Shown here: piece by piece, positions 1 through 15,310 of the stretch
Numbering within the stretch: the stretch's first letter is position 1
Layout: each line of letters begins with the position of its first letter
Assembly: GCA_951406725.2 (NCBI GenBank)
Contig: OX597825.1
Location: forward strand, 86,242,001 to 86,306,000
Source of the DNA: Octopus vulgaris
Taxonomy: Eukaryota
Direction: 5' to 3'
DNA length: 64,000 bases
Notes under the pieces: generated by a model
Told to the model about the DNA's origin: nothing
The model's database searches: none
The model's input: only the letters and a program-made list of their open reading frames with translations
Translations under genes and position numbers: made by a program

Positions 1-614
1 CCTTCCCCTCCTCTTTTTTCCTCAGTCAATTATTGTTTTTGGCTGCTATTCATAACACTAGAATCAGTCGGATGAGTGTTGTTGCCATTTGCTGCTAACA
101 ATGTCTGATGGCTTTTGTAGACAAGGATCTCGGAAACCAGAACCTGCTATGACTTCCATTTCCATTCACCCTTCAATGATTTCAGGGTTACCAGTTTCTT
201 TTTCCTAAGATTTTAACCATTCCGCTGAAAAGTTTCTTTTTTTTTTCTTTCTTTCTTTCTTGGCTCCTCCATCTATTTATGGATGACCTAACTTCATATC
301 TATCTTTAGCAATTATTTTTCATTATATTAAAATCCATTCTGAGGTTTTGTGTGTCTGGCACAGGATTTTATTAACTTTATTAATAACTTTATGAGAAAC
401 TTAAGCATTCTTTAATGCTTTATCCTCTTCCACCTTCTTTTTCCAATGATGACCACTCCTCCTCAATTTAAAAATTTTATCACTTGTTGCACCACTTGTT
501 AATGTTCATCAATAACTTATAAGAATATTTTAATTTTTATTCATGTTATTGTTATTTAGCCCCAGGTAAATTCTGATTGAGCAAGCTGTGGCCAAAAGAC
601 AGGCAAAATACCTT

Positions 615-835
615 TACCCACAAGGGGCTAAACATAGAGGGGACAAACAAGGACAGACATAGGTATTAAGTCGACTATATCGACTCCCAGTGCGTAACTG
701 GTACTTATTTAATCGACCCCGAAAGGATGAAAGGCAAAGTCGACCTCGGCGGAATTTGAACTCAGAACATAACGGCAGACGAAATACCGCTAAGCATTTC
801 GCCCGGCGTGCTAACGTTTCTGCCAGCTCTCCATC
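615..835 (-). mobile_element. tRNA-derived SINE family 1
   Basis: The minus strand reads GAGCTGGCAGAAACGTTAGC (A box)...GAGTTCAAATTCC (B box)...GCCTTTCATCCTTTCGGGGTCGAT. Other copies lie near 4255-4445, 9590-9955, 10040-10200, 28370-28575, 30340-30548, 38537-38720 and 48065-48291. Confidence 0.8.
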
Positions 836-2417
836 TTTTGAAGTTATCCTCCATGTTGGCACTGTTGGCTATCCTCCATGTCCTCAATGGTAGTGGTGGT
901 GGTTATGTTCCATGTTTGTAGTAGGAGCTGTACCTGCTGATATAAAAGAAAAGTGCCCATGTGGTGAGGAGTGCTTGTGTCTGCTATGTTTAGTGTGGTA
1001 TCAACCTATTTACAAATGTCATGGCAAACTGAGATTATTGGGGAATTCTGGTCCAATATATGATCACTTGGGGATTTGAACTCAGCACTGCAAGCTAACA
1101 AATTAGTTGCATCAAAGTGGACAGAACCAGTTGTCTTAGCTCCCTCTTTATAGCAAATTGGACTAAGCCAATTGGCAGGGGTTCTCAGCTACGGATACAA
1201 CACAGGGTTACAGGATGCAAACTTCTGACCATTTGGTTGATTGTCTGGTAGACTCACCACTCTGCCAGCCACACTGTATTGTTTAGACACTGGGATTCAG
1301 TTGTGTTTTACTTATCAATTCTGGGTTCAACTCCTGCTGGGGTCAACTTCTCTCTTCCTTCACCCAGGACAAAGTATCAATAACAGGTATCGAATTAATT
1401 CAATGAATTTTGTGCCTCTCCACAAAAACATTGTCAAAAGAAATTATTAATATTCTGGCCATTTTATTTATGCCACTTCTGCTGTTGAGAAAAGCATGAA
1501 CATCATAAAATCTTATTCTCTCTTTTTCTAAAAATTTGTTATTTTAAGCTGTAATTTTGGCAGAAGTGAAAGGTAATGGTGTCGCTAAAATACCACAAGA
1601 ACCAACTTCATTTTTTTTTTTTCCCTACCACGTCAGTAAAGTACCAGTCATGTACTGGGGTTGTTAATTCTGTAAACAGAAAATTCTTCCTAAAATAGTG
1701 GTCTTAGATAAGAAATCAATTTGTTAAGGGTGAACTAGGGTATGTAGAATAAAGTAACACAAGAAATTTTTTGCAATGGATCATCAAACCTTTAATTCAA
1801 TGCCATAATTATGGAGCTGTTTCACCTTTATACACACACACACACACACGTCATCCTTCTCTCTCTCTGTATTTCCCATGCTGGCATAGATTGAAAATGT
1901 GTGTTTGTATGATGTTTGCGTGTGCTTAAATCGACTTTATAAAGCATGAACAAATATGATGTCTATAACTGCAGGGGCATTGCTACTGGAAGTGTCTAAG
2001 TTACGGAATGATGGATGATAGAAGAAGTTGACAAATTTGGCAAAAGGCCAGGATGTGTAGCTGTGACTGGGGAGGTTTGAGAGCTTATGGCCATGCCCTA
2101 TATACATTGTACGAAAATGCAAAGAGCATGCTGCTGTGTGTTGTAGATAGGCAATTATCCAGTCAATTTAATGCCACCAAGATGTCTCGCCCTTGTTGTC
2201 TAGTTTAAACTGGTGCAGACTCAGTTAAATACTTTTTTCCCCCTCAAGTTTAACCCACGGGCCAAGAACACCAGCACTTCGTCATTCCACTCACTCGGCT
2301 TTCAGTTAATGGTTTGTTGCTGAGACAAACCTGGTGTGTGTGTGTGTGTGTGTGTGTGGAGGTGATATCGTACTTATTTCATCTCAGAAACCTCTGAAAT
2401 GATAGATTTACACATGA

Positions 2418-2815
2418 GCATGGCTATGTGGTGAAAAGTTTGCTTCCCAACCACATGGTTCCAAGTTCAGTCCCACTGCATGATGGCACCTTGGGCAAGT
2501 GTCTTCTACTGTAGCCTCAGTCCAGCCAAAGCCTTGTGAGTGGATTTGGTAGACGAAAACTGAAAGAAGCCCGTCATGTGTGTGTATGTCTTTGTGTTTG
2601 TGATTGCCCCCACCACCACCACCGCACAACTTGACAACCAGTGTTGGTGTGTTTATGTCCTCGTAACATCAGTTCCACAAAAGAGACTAATCGATTTAGC
2701 ACCAGGCTTTAAAAAAATAAAACCCTGGGGTCAATTCATTCTGCTGAAACTTCTTCAAGGTGTTGCCCCAGCCTGGCCGCAGTCTAATGAATGAACCAGT
2801 AAAAGATAAAAGATA
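2418..2815 (+). mobile_element. tRNA-derived SINE family 2 (CORE-like)
   Basis: TGGCT.TGTGGT..GA..GTTCAGTCCC head followed by CACCTTGGGCAAGTGTCTT (CORE-like). Further copies lie at 5383-5760, 31640-31980, 59555-59915 (+) and 27615-28150 (-). Confidence 0.75.
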
Positions 2816-3110
2816 TCAGGAATCTAATATTGGTCTACCGTGTTTGCCATGACCACATGATGTCCCTGAGCGGAATAATGGTCAGCTGAAGCAACCATCT
2901 TGGGAGAAGTTCCATTATATTCTTCATATTTATTGATTTCTTCATGATTAACTGTTTTGGAGTATTTCTTGTTGCAATATCTTATCAGACACAAACTTAA
3001 TGAAGCAATAACTGTCAGATCTTAAACACATTTGTAAATTATTTTCTTTATTGTCAAATATTTAACTTTTGTATTTATTTTCTCTTTTGTTTTTTTTTTC
3101 CAAATTCCAG

Positions 3111-3285
3111 ACAACAAAACAGGAAAACTACAGTGAGGAATAAAGACAAAACCACCTTCCATCAAGTTAGCAACTTTGGTCGTGGCTCACTTCCTGCTCC
3201 CCTCCACGAAGGAAAAGATTTGCGAGAAGAGGTATCAGATTTTCAGCTCCCCTATGATATTTGGTGGATGTATAAAAACAATCAG
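3111..3285 (+). CDS. ASH1L: ASH1L exon (pre-AWS, FQLP motif)
   Basis: ttccag|ACAAC...AATCAG|gtaaa; encodes [33 protein letters not shown]. Confidence 0.92.
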
Positions 3286-3757
3286 GTAAACCACCACCAC
3301 CACCATCATCATTATCATCGCCACCATCATCTGTTGTTGCTAACCCCTTCCCTCAATTGCCGTACAAAATTAGAAGAGGTTTAGTCTGGTCTGTACAATA
3401 TATTTCTTTTCTTCTTTTCTCTATCTTTCTGGTTGTTTCTGTTTTATAGCCATCCTCTTAAATCAACGGATTTACTTGTGTTTTCTCATCAGTTTTTCAG
3501 CTTACATCTGCTGCTCTCACTACCATCTACCACTGGCCTAGATTACTTCTCCCTTCAATTCTTACCTTATGACTCAGTCAAAATTACACCTGATATTTAG
3601 AATTCTTTATTGCTTTCTTTAGCTCACTTTCTCTCTGGCTATCCTCTACATTTTTATTCTATTACATACCTTGGCAATCAGAATCCTTTTAGGTTTGTTT
3701 TATTGTTTTTTTTTCTCTCTTTAGCTTTACATTTCAAAGAAACACACTGTTTTATAT

Positions 3758-3791
<34 letters not shown>

Positions 3792-5343
3792 CACCTGGTT
3801 GTCAACACCCATTTCACTTCAGCTTCTCATTAGATCATCAAAGTTATTATCCTGGTTTCATTTGTTTTCTTGTCGCTCAGGCTTGGAATGGTCTCTTCAT
3901 TTTCTGTGCTATTTATTTCTATTTTCTGCAAAACTATTTTTAGACCATTCAAGCATCCCAAACTGTTCCCATCATTCTCATTTCTGTCTATTTCTGTCTC
4001 TCTGTCATTTTTCTGGTAGTTCTGATTTGCCAAAGTACTATCTTGACCCCTTTGAAGCAATCTGTCAGTTCCCTAGTTTAATGTCATTCGGTGCTACACA
4101 TCAGGCGCAGATACTAATATCCAGCTGTCTTCAAGAAAGGAGCTGCCACACGCAACAACAATAGGAATCTTGTACATTTCTTTCAGCTTCTTTCTCATCG
4201 AAATATTCTTCACCATGTTCTAATTAGATGACAAAAAAATAACAGAACTCCTTGTGAGCTGGTTGGCTCGTTAGCATCTGAGGCATTATGCTTAGCAGCA
4301 TTTCATTTGTCTATGTCAAGGTCAACATTACCTCTCCCCACATCTGGGGATCAATAAAATAAGTACCAGTTGAACACTGGGGTCGATGTAATCAACTTAC
4401 CCCGGCCCTCAAAATTGCTTCCTTGTGCCAAAATATGAAATCAGTGTTACCAACCAAAGAGCTGTCACTAACCGAAGTTAAGTACTTTTGTGTACTAAAT
4501 GTAGCAGTGTTTGTAAGTCGTTTTGTTTCCCACCTTTTTGACATAATCTCACTTCTTGTGCACACCTACTGATAGAAAATTAAGGTCTTTATCGATAATC
4601 TGCCCCCATAAACTGGAGCATTGATACTCACTTGGATCTGATGTCATTGCAGAGGAATTATTTTGTTAGTTTGTCTGTTTCATTTAATGCTAGGATGCAC
4701 TTCCGCTCACTAACCCTTACCTGTTTTTCATCAATTAAGGGCTTTTTATCCCAGTGAAATTTGAAAGTAAAGATCTCGCAAAACAATTTGATGACAAGAA
4801 ATCTCAACGTCGCCACTTACCACCCAGTCGCAAATAATGACATCACCATTTGAGGCTGAATTGCGAGCCATTGATGAAAGAGAGATGCTATGGCTCAGAG
4901 GAATTTTCTTAACATTCACATATGTACATATGCACACACACACTCACATAAATATGGCTAACTTCTTTCAGCTTCCATCTACCAAATTCCATCACAAAAT
5001 ATTGTTTAACCTAATGACATTTGCCCAAGCTACGACTCGATGGCACTGAACCAAGTAAATCTGTGTGCTGAAGAGGCAGAATTCTGATATTTCAAGTAGA
5101 ACTTCATATCGTGTTTTAATATGGCATAGCTTTGGCCACCAGCAGTTCATTGTAACTTGCATAATGGGATCCACTTGTTTAATTACTGGTTAATTACTAC
5201 AATTGTTTCAGCACATCTATCAATTGATCCCTTATGGATGGGATATTTATCAACTGGTTTAGGAGAGCATCCAGCAGTGTAGATGGGTCTCTTTGGGTGA
5301 TAATTAGATATAACTCATTAGAATAATGACTGTTACACAATAA

Positions 5344-5374
<31 letters not shown>

Positions 5375-8300
5375 TATACATGCGTGCCTGTGTGGTAAGA
5401 AGCTTGCTTCCCAACCACATGGTTTTGGGTTCAATCCCATTGCATTGCATTTTGGGCAAGTCTTCTACTAGCCTTGGGCCAACAAAAGCCTTGTGAGTGG
5501 ATTTGGTAGACGGAAATTTGAAAGAGGCCCATCGTATGTATATATTTCTGTATATCTATGTATCTGTATCTTTGTGTCTGTGTTTGTCCCCTTGCACCGC
5601 TTGACAACCGGTGTTGGTGTGTTTATGTCCCCATAACTTAGCCGTTTGGCAAGAGGAAGAAATAAGTACCTGGCTTGAAAACAAAAGGACTCGGGTCAAT
5701 TCACTTGTCTAAAAATTCTTCCAGCATGGCCACAGTCTGATGCCTGAAATGAGATAAAAGACGTGTGTGTGTGTGTGTGTGTGGTCGGCCCAACAACTCA
5801 AGGAACAGTCTTCACAAGATGCAACGATTCCCAGATCTCACCAAATTCCACTGGTGCCAATACTGCTGTGGTGCAGTGTATGGGACGTTGTGGTTGCTGT
5901 ATACTTGTTGTTTGTTGTCTAACTGCATGTCAACTCTGAGCCAGCAAACCTAGGATCGGAGCCTTCTGGTCATGACCTTCATGATGATAATAATGATGAT
6001 TACATTATTCTGTGTGTCCTTCCTTTTTTGGTTTGTATTTCTTGTAGTTTGAGTTACCACGTATAGACTTCCCCGCTAAAGAGGCAGGCAAGATTCTCTT
6101 TGTTAAAGCAGCATGTTTGTTCTTCCTCTTCATACGTCTATTCATTCTGCAGATTGTGTGTGTGTGTGTGTTTGCGAGAGAGATCTGTGAGAGAGATATA
6201 TTGGCGCCATATATATGACTGTTTGGCTTGTTGATAAGACTGATGGAGATATAATATTTAATATCACCTTCTTGCTGTGCTTTCCTCTGTACTTAAATAA
6301 AAGTCATCATAAACAAAATGAAAAACATTTCAACAGATCTTGTGGAAATATTGAGTTTATCTAATTGAAATGTGGAACATTTTCAGTCTGTTTTCTATTA
6401 TTTTCCTTTCAAATACTTATTGTTGAAAGAAAGATTGTCTAATTGGTTTATATTGCAAACCAGTTTCTCATATAATTAACCATTATTCATAAGATACTGA
6501 AGAGAAATATTTCTGATAAAGTAAGATACATCGGAAAATTTTACAATATTTGCTGTGAAAATTAATGAAAATTCTCAGAGGAAATAGCAAAGCTTCAAAA
6601 TTAAATATTGGTTATTGTGTGTGTGTGTGTGTGTGTGTGTGCGTGCGTGCATGTGTGTGTGCACGCGCGTGCATGCGCACGTGTGTTTAGTGCAAGTGCT
6701 TCTGCAGATATGTTTATAAATAAAAGATAATTGGATTGTAACATATGAAATGATTTTTTTAAAGCTATTTTCAATTTAGATTAAAAAAAATTATCTAAAG
6801 AAAAAAAACAAACATCCCTTAATTGCTATCATTTTTTTTCTCTCTCATTTCTTTATCTGCTGTCAAAATCTTTATTATTTTATGTGTTAATATAGTTTTA
6901 TCTTGTTATCTTTCGCTTTGAATGTAATCTATAATCATCAAGACAGCATGTGAAAAAAAAAAAACGATATTGTCTCTAATCAGTGGTTCTTAAATAAGTC
7001 TGAAAAAGAAGTGTTGTTGTTGGGGGGGGGGAGACAAAATGTAGAAGACAAACCGTTTCAAAACTTGCAAAACTGAAAGGAAATCTGTGAGGACATAGAA
7101 TGGTCTCTTTGGGGACATTATCTCTTTGATACTTTCACTGATATTGCTAATTCCTCTCTATGATTGGCTCCGGAAGTCCTAGAGGAATCCAAGTCCAAAA
7201 ATGTCTCCTGTTTCAGAATTGAGAGTCTGTTTTCTGCTGCTGAAGTTGAACTGTTTTCACTAATAAATGGACTCTGCCAGCAGTTTCGTGTGGTTGTGTG
7301 TGTGTAGGTGGGTGGTGCAGGTTGGCAGTTGTTTAAAGAATTGTTTCTATTGACTTTCTATCCATGACCATAGTGAGAATGTTTTCTTAAATTTGGTCGT
7401 AGAGAAATGGTGACACTTACAAAAGTAGTTGTGAGTCTGTTGAAGGAAACTTCCTTGTTAGCGTTGCCAGCTAAAGTAACCCTCATATAAATCCTCACAG
7501 AATGATGGGTTGGAGGTAGTCTTCCACAGTTGTCTTGTCTCAGTTTCATTACTGAGCTTGTCTCCTTGAAGACTTGGCCCCAATCATTCTGTTAAATTTC
7601 ATCTAACCCATCAATTTTTATTTCCATGTTATGTAATCTGTGTGTTGATAGCAACTGTGTGTGTGTGTGTGTGTACTAATCTAAGACTTGTAAGAATAAG
7701 ATATGGGTAAACTGGCATTGAAATATCTATTATATGTATATTCGATATGGCCTACTTATATATTATATGGTTCATTAAGCAAGAGGCATTAATTATTCTA
7801 CATAGTTAAGTGTACCTTGATAAACATTGTGTTATTTTCACTTCATGGTTGGAAGGTGAGCATCCGGATATTTGAAGACAGAGGGGAAAAAGACAGTATC
7901 ATCCCATAATAAAGCTGTATAAAGGTGCAAATTTACCTGACCATCCAACCTATGTAAGAAGTGTAAAGCCATTTGGAGCAAAAACTGAGAAGAAAATATT
8001 TGATTAAAGCTCTTACTGTAGCTGTATGATGATGATGATGACGATGTATGAGATGTTGTCTGGAATTATGAATATTTCTGATCCATTGGTTTTTATTTTG
8101 CAGTTACAACCATGTTCTGGGTGAAACATAAAGGTTAGCTGTGTTCAAAACTACCCTTCAGATGTGGGAGTGACCCTGTCTACTTCACCCCCTTCACAGA
8201 ACAATCCATTTTCAGAAGCTGTGGAACTTAGATTGTGTCCCCCCCACACCCCATACTGCTGCTTGTGGTAAGAGGTGGAGGTGACATTTTGTTGGGTTTG

Positions 8301-8550
8301 ACCAAATAATAAAACCAATCTAGGTTCATATCCAACAATTTCACTCTTATCTTATCCTCATTTCTCTCCCTCCTTTTTTTTCATTTTCTATTTTTTTCTA
8401 TTTCCAAGTCTCTCTTACCTCCCTTACCATCACCACAGCATATCTCCCACCCACCCACCCACTAAATTCTTGGAATCGTTTTCAATAATTTTGGCTCCAA
8501 TAATTGTGCCACCCCACCCCCATCAATCTGACCTAGTTCTTTTCTCTTAA

Positions 8551-8615
<65 letters not shown>

Positions 8616-10847
8616 CTTCCTTTCATGTACTATTTCTTTTTCTCATGCTGAGATATTAAAATAGATTTCTACCTTCATTATACACCCCCCACTTATACAC
8701 ACACACACATGTATATGTGTGTGTGTGTATGCATGCATGTATGTATGTGTGTATTTATATATATATATATATATATAATATGAATAATATATGTACATAT
8801 ATATTTCTGGTAACATTCATACCTTCTTTTCGTTTCCCATTATCCCTCAAATACCTAATCAGCTGCATTGTCTGCCTGTATGAGGAGGAGGGTGTCACCA
8901 AAGTTCTGGATATCTGTTTTCGTTTTCTTAATAATCTTGTTATTAACAAAGCCGTATTAATTGCACCGGTGTCGTCCTGGCACACTCGTCTACTAACGTC
9001 CCCTGCTGACTGCAGTCACTGGCCCCTCTTCATCATCACATATATTCCTTGTTTCTTTTGGGGTACCTTGTCACCTTCTCCCCAGTTACCTGCTGCTCTA
9101 GATGACATTTAACTCAGCACAACCAGTGAAGATTTTTTTTTTTTTTTCCTTTCCCTGACTGAGGGTGAATCTTCTTCCCAAAGATGCTCGACTCTACTCA
9201 GCCATGTATCTAATATGCTAGAAAAGCAGAGGAGGTGATCACACGACTAAAAGAAGGTGTGATGTAAAACATGGCTTCACATTCTGAAACTTATTTGTCC
9301 GTTGATATATAGAGGCGGGGAGAGTCCAGAAATGGAAAGATCATCTTTTAACAGACAATCCTGGTCCTTTGTCTCACCACAAACTTAAATAATTGTTGCT
9401 TCTTCTTCTAAGGGTCATTGTTAGTGAGTGCAGTTTACCTAAGCAGAATTTATGGCCTTCATCCTGTGCTACAACTTAATATTACAATCAACAGCCTTTC
9501 GGCATCACTAATTTGGCCACCACCAAAATAAAGCTTTTGCTTGCCAAGGACATGATTTTGGGATCTGTCCCTTTGGAAAATGTTTCCAACCATAGCCCCA
9601 GGTCAACCAGAATGGCTTGCATTGAACAAAATGCTTTGTGGATCTTTGTGGTTCTGAGTTCAAATCCTGCCAAATTCAACTTTGTTTTCATTGTTCCAGG
9701 GTTGATAAAGTAAAGTATTTGTCTAACACTGGGGATCAGTGGTATCACCTAACTCCCCTCAAAATTGCTGGCCTTGTGCCAAAAATTGAAATTATTGTTA
9801 TTGGGGCAGGGGGCAAGCTGGCAAAATGCTCAGTGGTGTTTCATCCTTTCAGTGTTGATAAAATAGGTACCAGTTGGACACTGGGGTCGATGTAACTGAG
9901 ACTAACACCCTCTCCCGAAGTTGCTGGCATTGTGCCAAAATTTGAAATCGTTATTCTTTGAGTGGTGGACAGGCAGAATTGTCAGATCTTCAGACATAAT
10001 GCTTTGCACCATCACCTTCATCATCATCATCATTAATATTAAGGTGGTGAGCAGGCAGAATTGTTGGTGCCCCAGACAAAATGCTTAGCAGCATTTCATC
10101 TGTCTTTACATTTTTTCAGGGTCACTACCAGCTGAGCACTGGGGCCGACATAATCAACTAACCTCTCCCACCCCACTCCAAATTTCAGTCCATTAGCTTT
10201 TGCCAAAAAGCAGAAACAACCTTTGTTGTTATTTTTAGGGAAGGTGATGCAGGCCGTCGTTAAATAAGCGCCAGTTATTATCAACGGTGGCAGTGTAATC
10301 AGCTTTTATAGAGATACAGCCTTCTCAGATTTTGTAGCCTTGTCTCGCAGTCAGAAGAGATGATGATGATGATGATAATAATTGTACTTGGGCTAGATAT
10401 AATCACGTAAAGCCCTGCTTTGAAATATGTGGCCTTGTACCTATAACAGAATCGACAATAGCTCGTTGTTTCTAAGATAACCAATCTATTTTTGTCCTGT
10501 TATAACTGCTGCAACATTTTTTGTTCTCTGCCCAGAAAACTCTTCCACTCTTCATCAGAGATGTTAACTTCCCCCTTACATTATTACAACAACAACAACC
10601 AACGTCACACTAACGTCTTATCTATCTTCCTTACCATCTCTCCACTCTCCTCAACGTCTTCTTACGTCTCAGCCAACACCAATACATTTTTGGGCTTTCT
10701 TTTTTAGCATTTAACTTTTTCATGTCTTATTTCTTATTTTTTTAACTGTTTCTTTTTATAACCCAGTTAATAGGAGGATAACCTCAAATATTCTTAACCA
10801 TTCTCTGATGTTACTAATCTACACACACACACACACACCTGCTTGCA

Positions 10848-10879
<32 letters not shown>

Positions 10880-11062
10880 TTCACTCATACATACTACACT
10901 TGAACATTCATACACACTCATATGCACGTATGCATACACTCACAAGAAATACACACACACAATATTTATTTTCAGTTTGCATTCATTCAAAAATTAAGTT
11001 TTGCTTTTAATAGTTTTTTTTTTAACATCAACAAAAAAACACATTCTAATTTTAATAAACCT

Positions 11063-11114
<52 letters not shown>

Positions 11115-11605
11115 CACTAATAATAATGATTTATTGAATTATTAATTTTTTTTGCTTTAGTACATATGTATCTAAATGTATTCAGTATATCATCCTCATT
11201 GTTGTAGACATTCGAAACTGCTGCTGTGGGTTTGACAGATCTACTGCACTACAATATATTGCCACTGGAAGCTCTCTTCTGTCATTTCATCCATCACATT
11301 TCATCTGAACCCATCGTTTTCCTCTTTCGCCATCATCTTCAATTCCCCTCTTCTACATGTTCCCTCCATCATCATTCTATCATCATCTTTGGTCTCCTTC
11401 CTCCACATGTTCCCTCCATCAATATCCATCACTGGCTGCCCCATTTGTAATCATCATTCACCAACAACTGATGCCCTTCATGCCCAGACCCTCTGTCAAC
11501 TCACCACAGCTCAACCTTTCATGTAAATTAACATTACACACCCACTGAATCCATTCTACCTGATTCATTTCTCTCCAACCTCCACAGATCTTTGTTGTAG
11601 CTGCT

Positions 11606-11649
<44 letters not shown>

Positions 11650-14590
11650 TGTGTGTGTGTGTGTGTGTGCGCGCGTGTTCTTTTGCCTACCTTCAGCTCA
11701 CCTGGCTAGCTGAAAGTATCAATTACATTTAGTGTGACCCATATAAACAGTTGATAGTCTTCAATTGGTTCTCACTCTTCCCCTCTCCATCCAACAACAT
11801 AGTCTCCTTCTCTTTCTCTCTCTCCCTCTCAGTCTGCCAAATGTCCCTTTCTACCTATTATTACCTAATCCTTTCCTACAAATTAAACCAGGTTATATTC
11901 CTCAAACACACTGCTGCCATTTACAACTCTCCTCGAATATATTAATTCAAACTCTTGGCCTTTTCTAAGTCATTTTCTAAACCATTCTTTTTGGTTTGGA
12001 ACTTATTCTGCAGTTCTTGTGACAGTCTACAGTAACAAAAACATTCGAAGGACATCCAGACTTGAACTCGAATATCATTGCCTAAAAAACTCTAAGTGGT
12101 GGCTGAGGCAGGAACAGAACGTTGGCGAGAGGCTGTCTCTACATTAAATTATTCTCTGGCCACATGCTACCAGTTTTACTCTCATTCATGCCTCATTTGT
12201 TTATGTGAATAACACAATTGTTATAATATCTATCTTTAGTTTTTGTTTCCTGGCCCACCATGCTCAAAAATCCTGCCAAAGGCCAGCTTTGGATTAACAA
12301 ATACAAAGTCAAATGGTTTGTTCTTAGCCATGATCTTCTCTTGCAGTTGTCGTCTCATTTTCAGTATAATGTATATGCTTCCATGTCCAAGCAGCATACT
12401 AAATTACATGGTAACCAAGCTAAACCAATCTTGTACTAAATTCTCAGCCACTTTCACTCTCAGTTCTACCAGTTTAAGACCTCTGTCACTGATATTTTTC
12501 CAATATGTGTTATAATAATAATAATAATAAATGCCCTGATGCAGTACCAGGCAGTGGCTCTCATGGCTTCTGATCTTAACTGATTGGAAGTGTTATCATG
12601 TACATCGTTTTGTCTTGGTATAAAAGATGGGCTACAGCAAATATTCTGCTCAGTACCCCAGATTTGCTTGTCAGTTGTTTGACCATAACCAGTTGACCAT
12701 GTCCCTTGGTGGCTGGTGATATATGCATCTCTGATCACGAGCAGAAGTAGTGGGGGAGCATCATGGCCATGTGTTGAGAGGAATTCTTTGGGGTTTGAAT
12801 AATTCACCTCTGGAAACATGGGTGTTTCGTTCAACATCCTTAAGAAACTCTTATTCAGAGACCTTTTGAGTAGGGTGAGCTACTCAATTCTAACTGGGCC
12901 CCACCTGCAAGGCCATGCACTGTTTATCTTGATATGAGATCACCATGTTGTACACACATGGTTGTGATGCATATGCCTGGTGTACCCTTAGTAGACGGGT
13001 AGTCATGATGGGTATACTGGGCTTCGTATATTTTACCCCAGTGTCACTTAGATGGCATGCACTACTCTCTCACTTAATAATAATGATAATAACAATAATA
13101 GAAAGATATGTATTGCTGCTCTAGCAGTCATAAGGGATGGTACTTTATTATGCAATCTAATTAAGTATAAACTAATGAGGCAGCCCTTTTATGGTTGCCA
13201 TATCTGCTAGAACTAACAGCTAGATCTCTTTCAAATCATATTCTACCATCTTAAAAAGGAAGGACTGATTGGATAATATAATTCTTTGTGCCGTCACAAC
13301 TGGACTCTACTTAAATCTTTCATAATATCACTTCCATACATCGTCCTTTCACCTGTGACTGAGAAGAGAGCAAGTGTTCTTGTATTGTTCCAAAATGGCT
13401 CTCATGTTCATCCCAGTGCTCTATGAGTGCTGTATCATGGCCGTAGCCTCTATACACATCGATGTATCCTTTCTGGTGATTCCCAACCTGACCATTGCAA
13501 TTGGTAACTATCATCTGACCTATTGCTGACCTTGTAACTGTCATGATTACCCAACCATTCCATCAACCCATTCCCTAGTTTGTCCACCCTGGAGTTGTCA
13601 TCCTTCTAGAAGAATTACTATTTGTGTCCCTTACTTGTGAAGAGCCAGTCTGAAACCCCTTCTCATTCCTTCTCCCTTTTTCCTTGCAAGACATAGCCAA
13701 TCCTTCATTCCAACTATCTCACCTGATCTACCTTTCATTAGACCAACATTAGCTAGTGGCACACCTGAGATGAAGAAAACTGTTAGTGTTTTAAGAGTTG
13801 GTTCAATGACACTTGAACGCTGCTGCTGCTCAGTCTGGTCATCACAGCCAGTTGTAGTATTTGGTGTTTCTGTACTCCATGGTTTATGGTCAGAGACTTT
13901 ACCACTGTCTCTCACTAGCAGAGGAGTCTGGTTGTATGTATTGTACCAGAAACCCTATAGGGTCTGTTTTGCAGGGCCAAGGGCCTTCTCCAATTTGTAT
14001 CAGAGTAGCTACCATCCAAGGTAGATTTCTTCTCTTCTCTCTTCCTGTAAAATGCCATTTTACATTAATGCATTTCTTGAAAATGTCCTGCTTCCTAAAC
14101 CAGGTCACATCTTTTCATTTCAGTTAATAGAATGAAAGGAGAGCAAAAGCTGTGAAGTGGGAGGCAGGTCATACGGAAATTGACCAATAAAAGCAGGAGA
14201 TATCAAGTGGGTGTGGTGAAGGGGAGATGGGGGGCATTGGGACACCTAATAAACATAATTAACAAATGAAGTTGATTAATTAGAACGGGAAATGGGAGAG
14301 GATGGAATAAGTAAATGACATTGGAAAGAAAAAGAATGGTAAAGGAAGAGTTACAATGGGAGGATGAAGATTTAGTCTGAGAGAGAGAGAGAAAGGGCCA
14401 AATATAATAATGGGGATGGAGTGGAGTAGATTAGTGAAAGACCCACCCACTCCTGTCTGAATACTTAACAAAATTTCTAAGTAATCAGCACTCTGGGAAG
14501 TTGATTAATTAGAACAGAAATGGTATGAAAATCATGAACTTACAAAGAAATATTGAACGCTATAATAGAGAATAAAGAATTTACAATAGC

Positions 14591-14625
<35 letters not shown>

Positions 14626-15269
14626 ATACATGTACAAATACAATATATATATATATATATATAAGCAGTGATTAGGAATAAATGCACTTAGGTTAGTTAA
14701 AATATGTTTGTGACATATTTCTAAAAAAATTTTAAAGGCGACTTCATGCCGTTACCATGGAGAAAGAATTCTGTTTTATGATAAAAGGTATAAAAACACC
14801 ATCTCTGCCCTGTGCTTCCCTCTAGCGGATTCCTAGATGCGCATTTCTGGCTGTGTGCAACTCAGCCAGTTCATGAATTGAATTCCGTCCTCTTTGTGTG
14901 AATAATGTAGAACATGAGGATATTCTTCCACTGCATAGCCTATCGTATGATGTGTGTTGATGCTGCCTGGGCTAAAGGTTAAGCAGTTTGGTTTGCCCCC
15001 AATATGTCCTGGGTTCGATGTCTTGGGCAAATGTGATTTACCCATTACCTTGCCAGTGAAACTGGGTCAACAAAAGCTGCCAGTGCAGAAGCCTGTCGGG
15101 TTAGTTGTAATTAAAAAAGGTCCAGTGTTATCATTGCACTGTGTCCTGCTGATTGTGCAAGAGAATTACATTAGCAGGGGAATACTCAGTCACTGAGACA
15201 TTAATTCAGGAGTAGCTAATCCAATTCAGATCAAACAACTGAATCCTTATTGTTGAACAATGTGATCCA

Positions 15270-15310
<41 letters not shown>

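Noticed and set aside
614-893. ORFs MRNWYLF.. and MPTWRIT.., repeated at 48145-48506
   Set aside because: They lie within SINE family 1 copies and are not genes.
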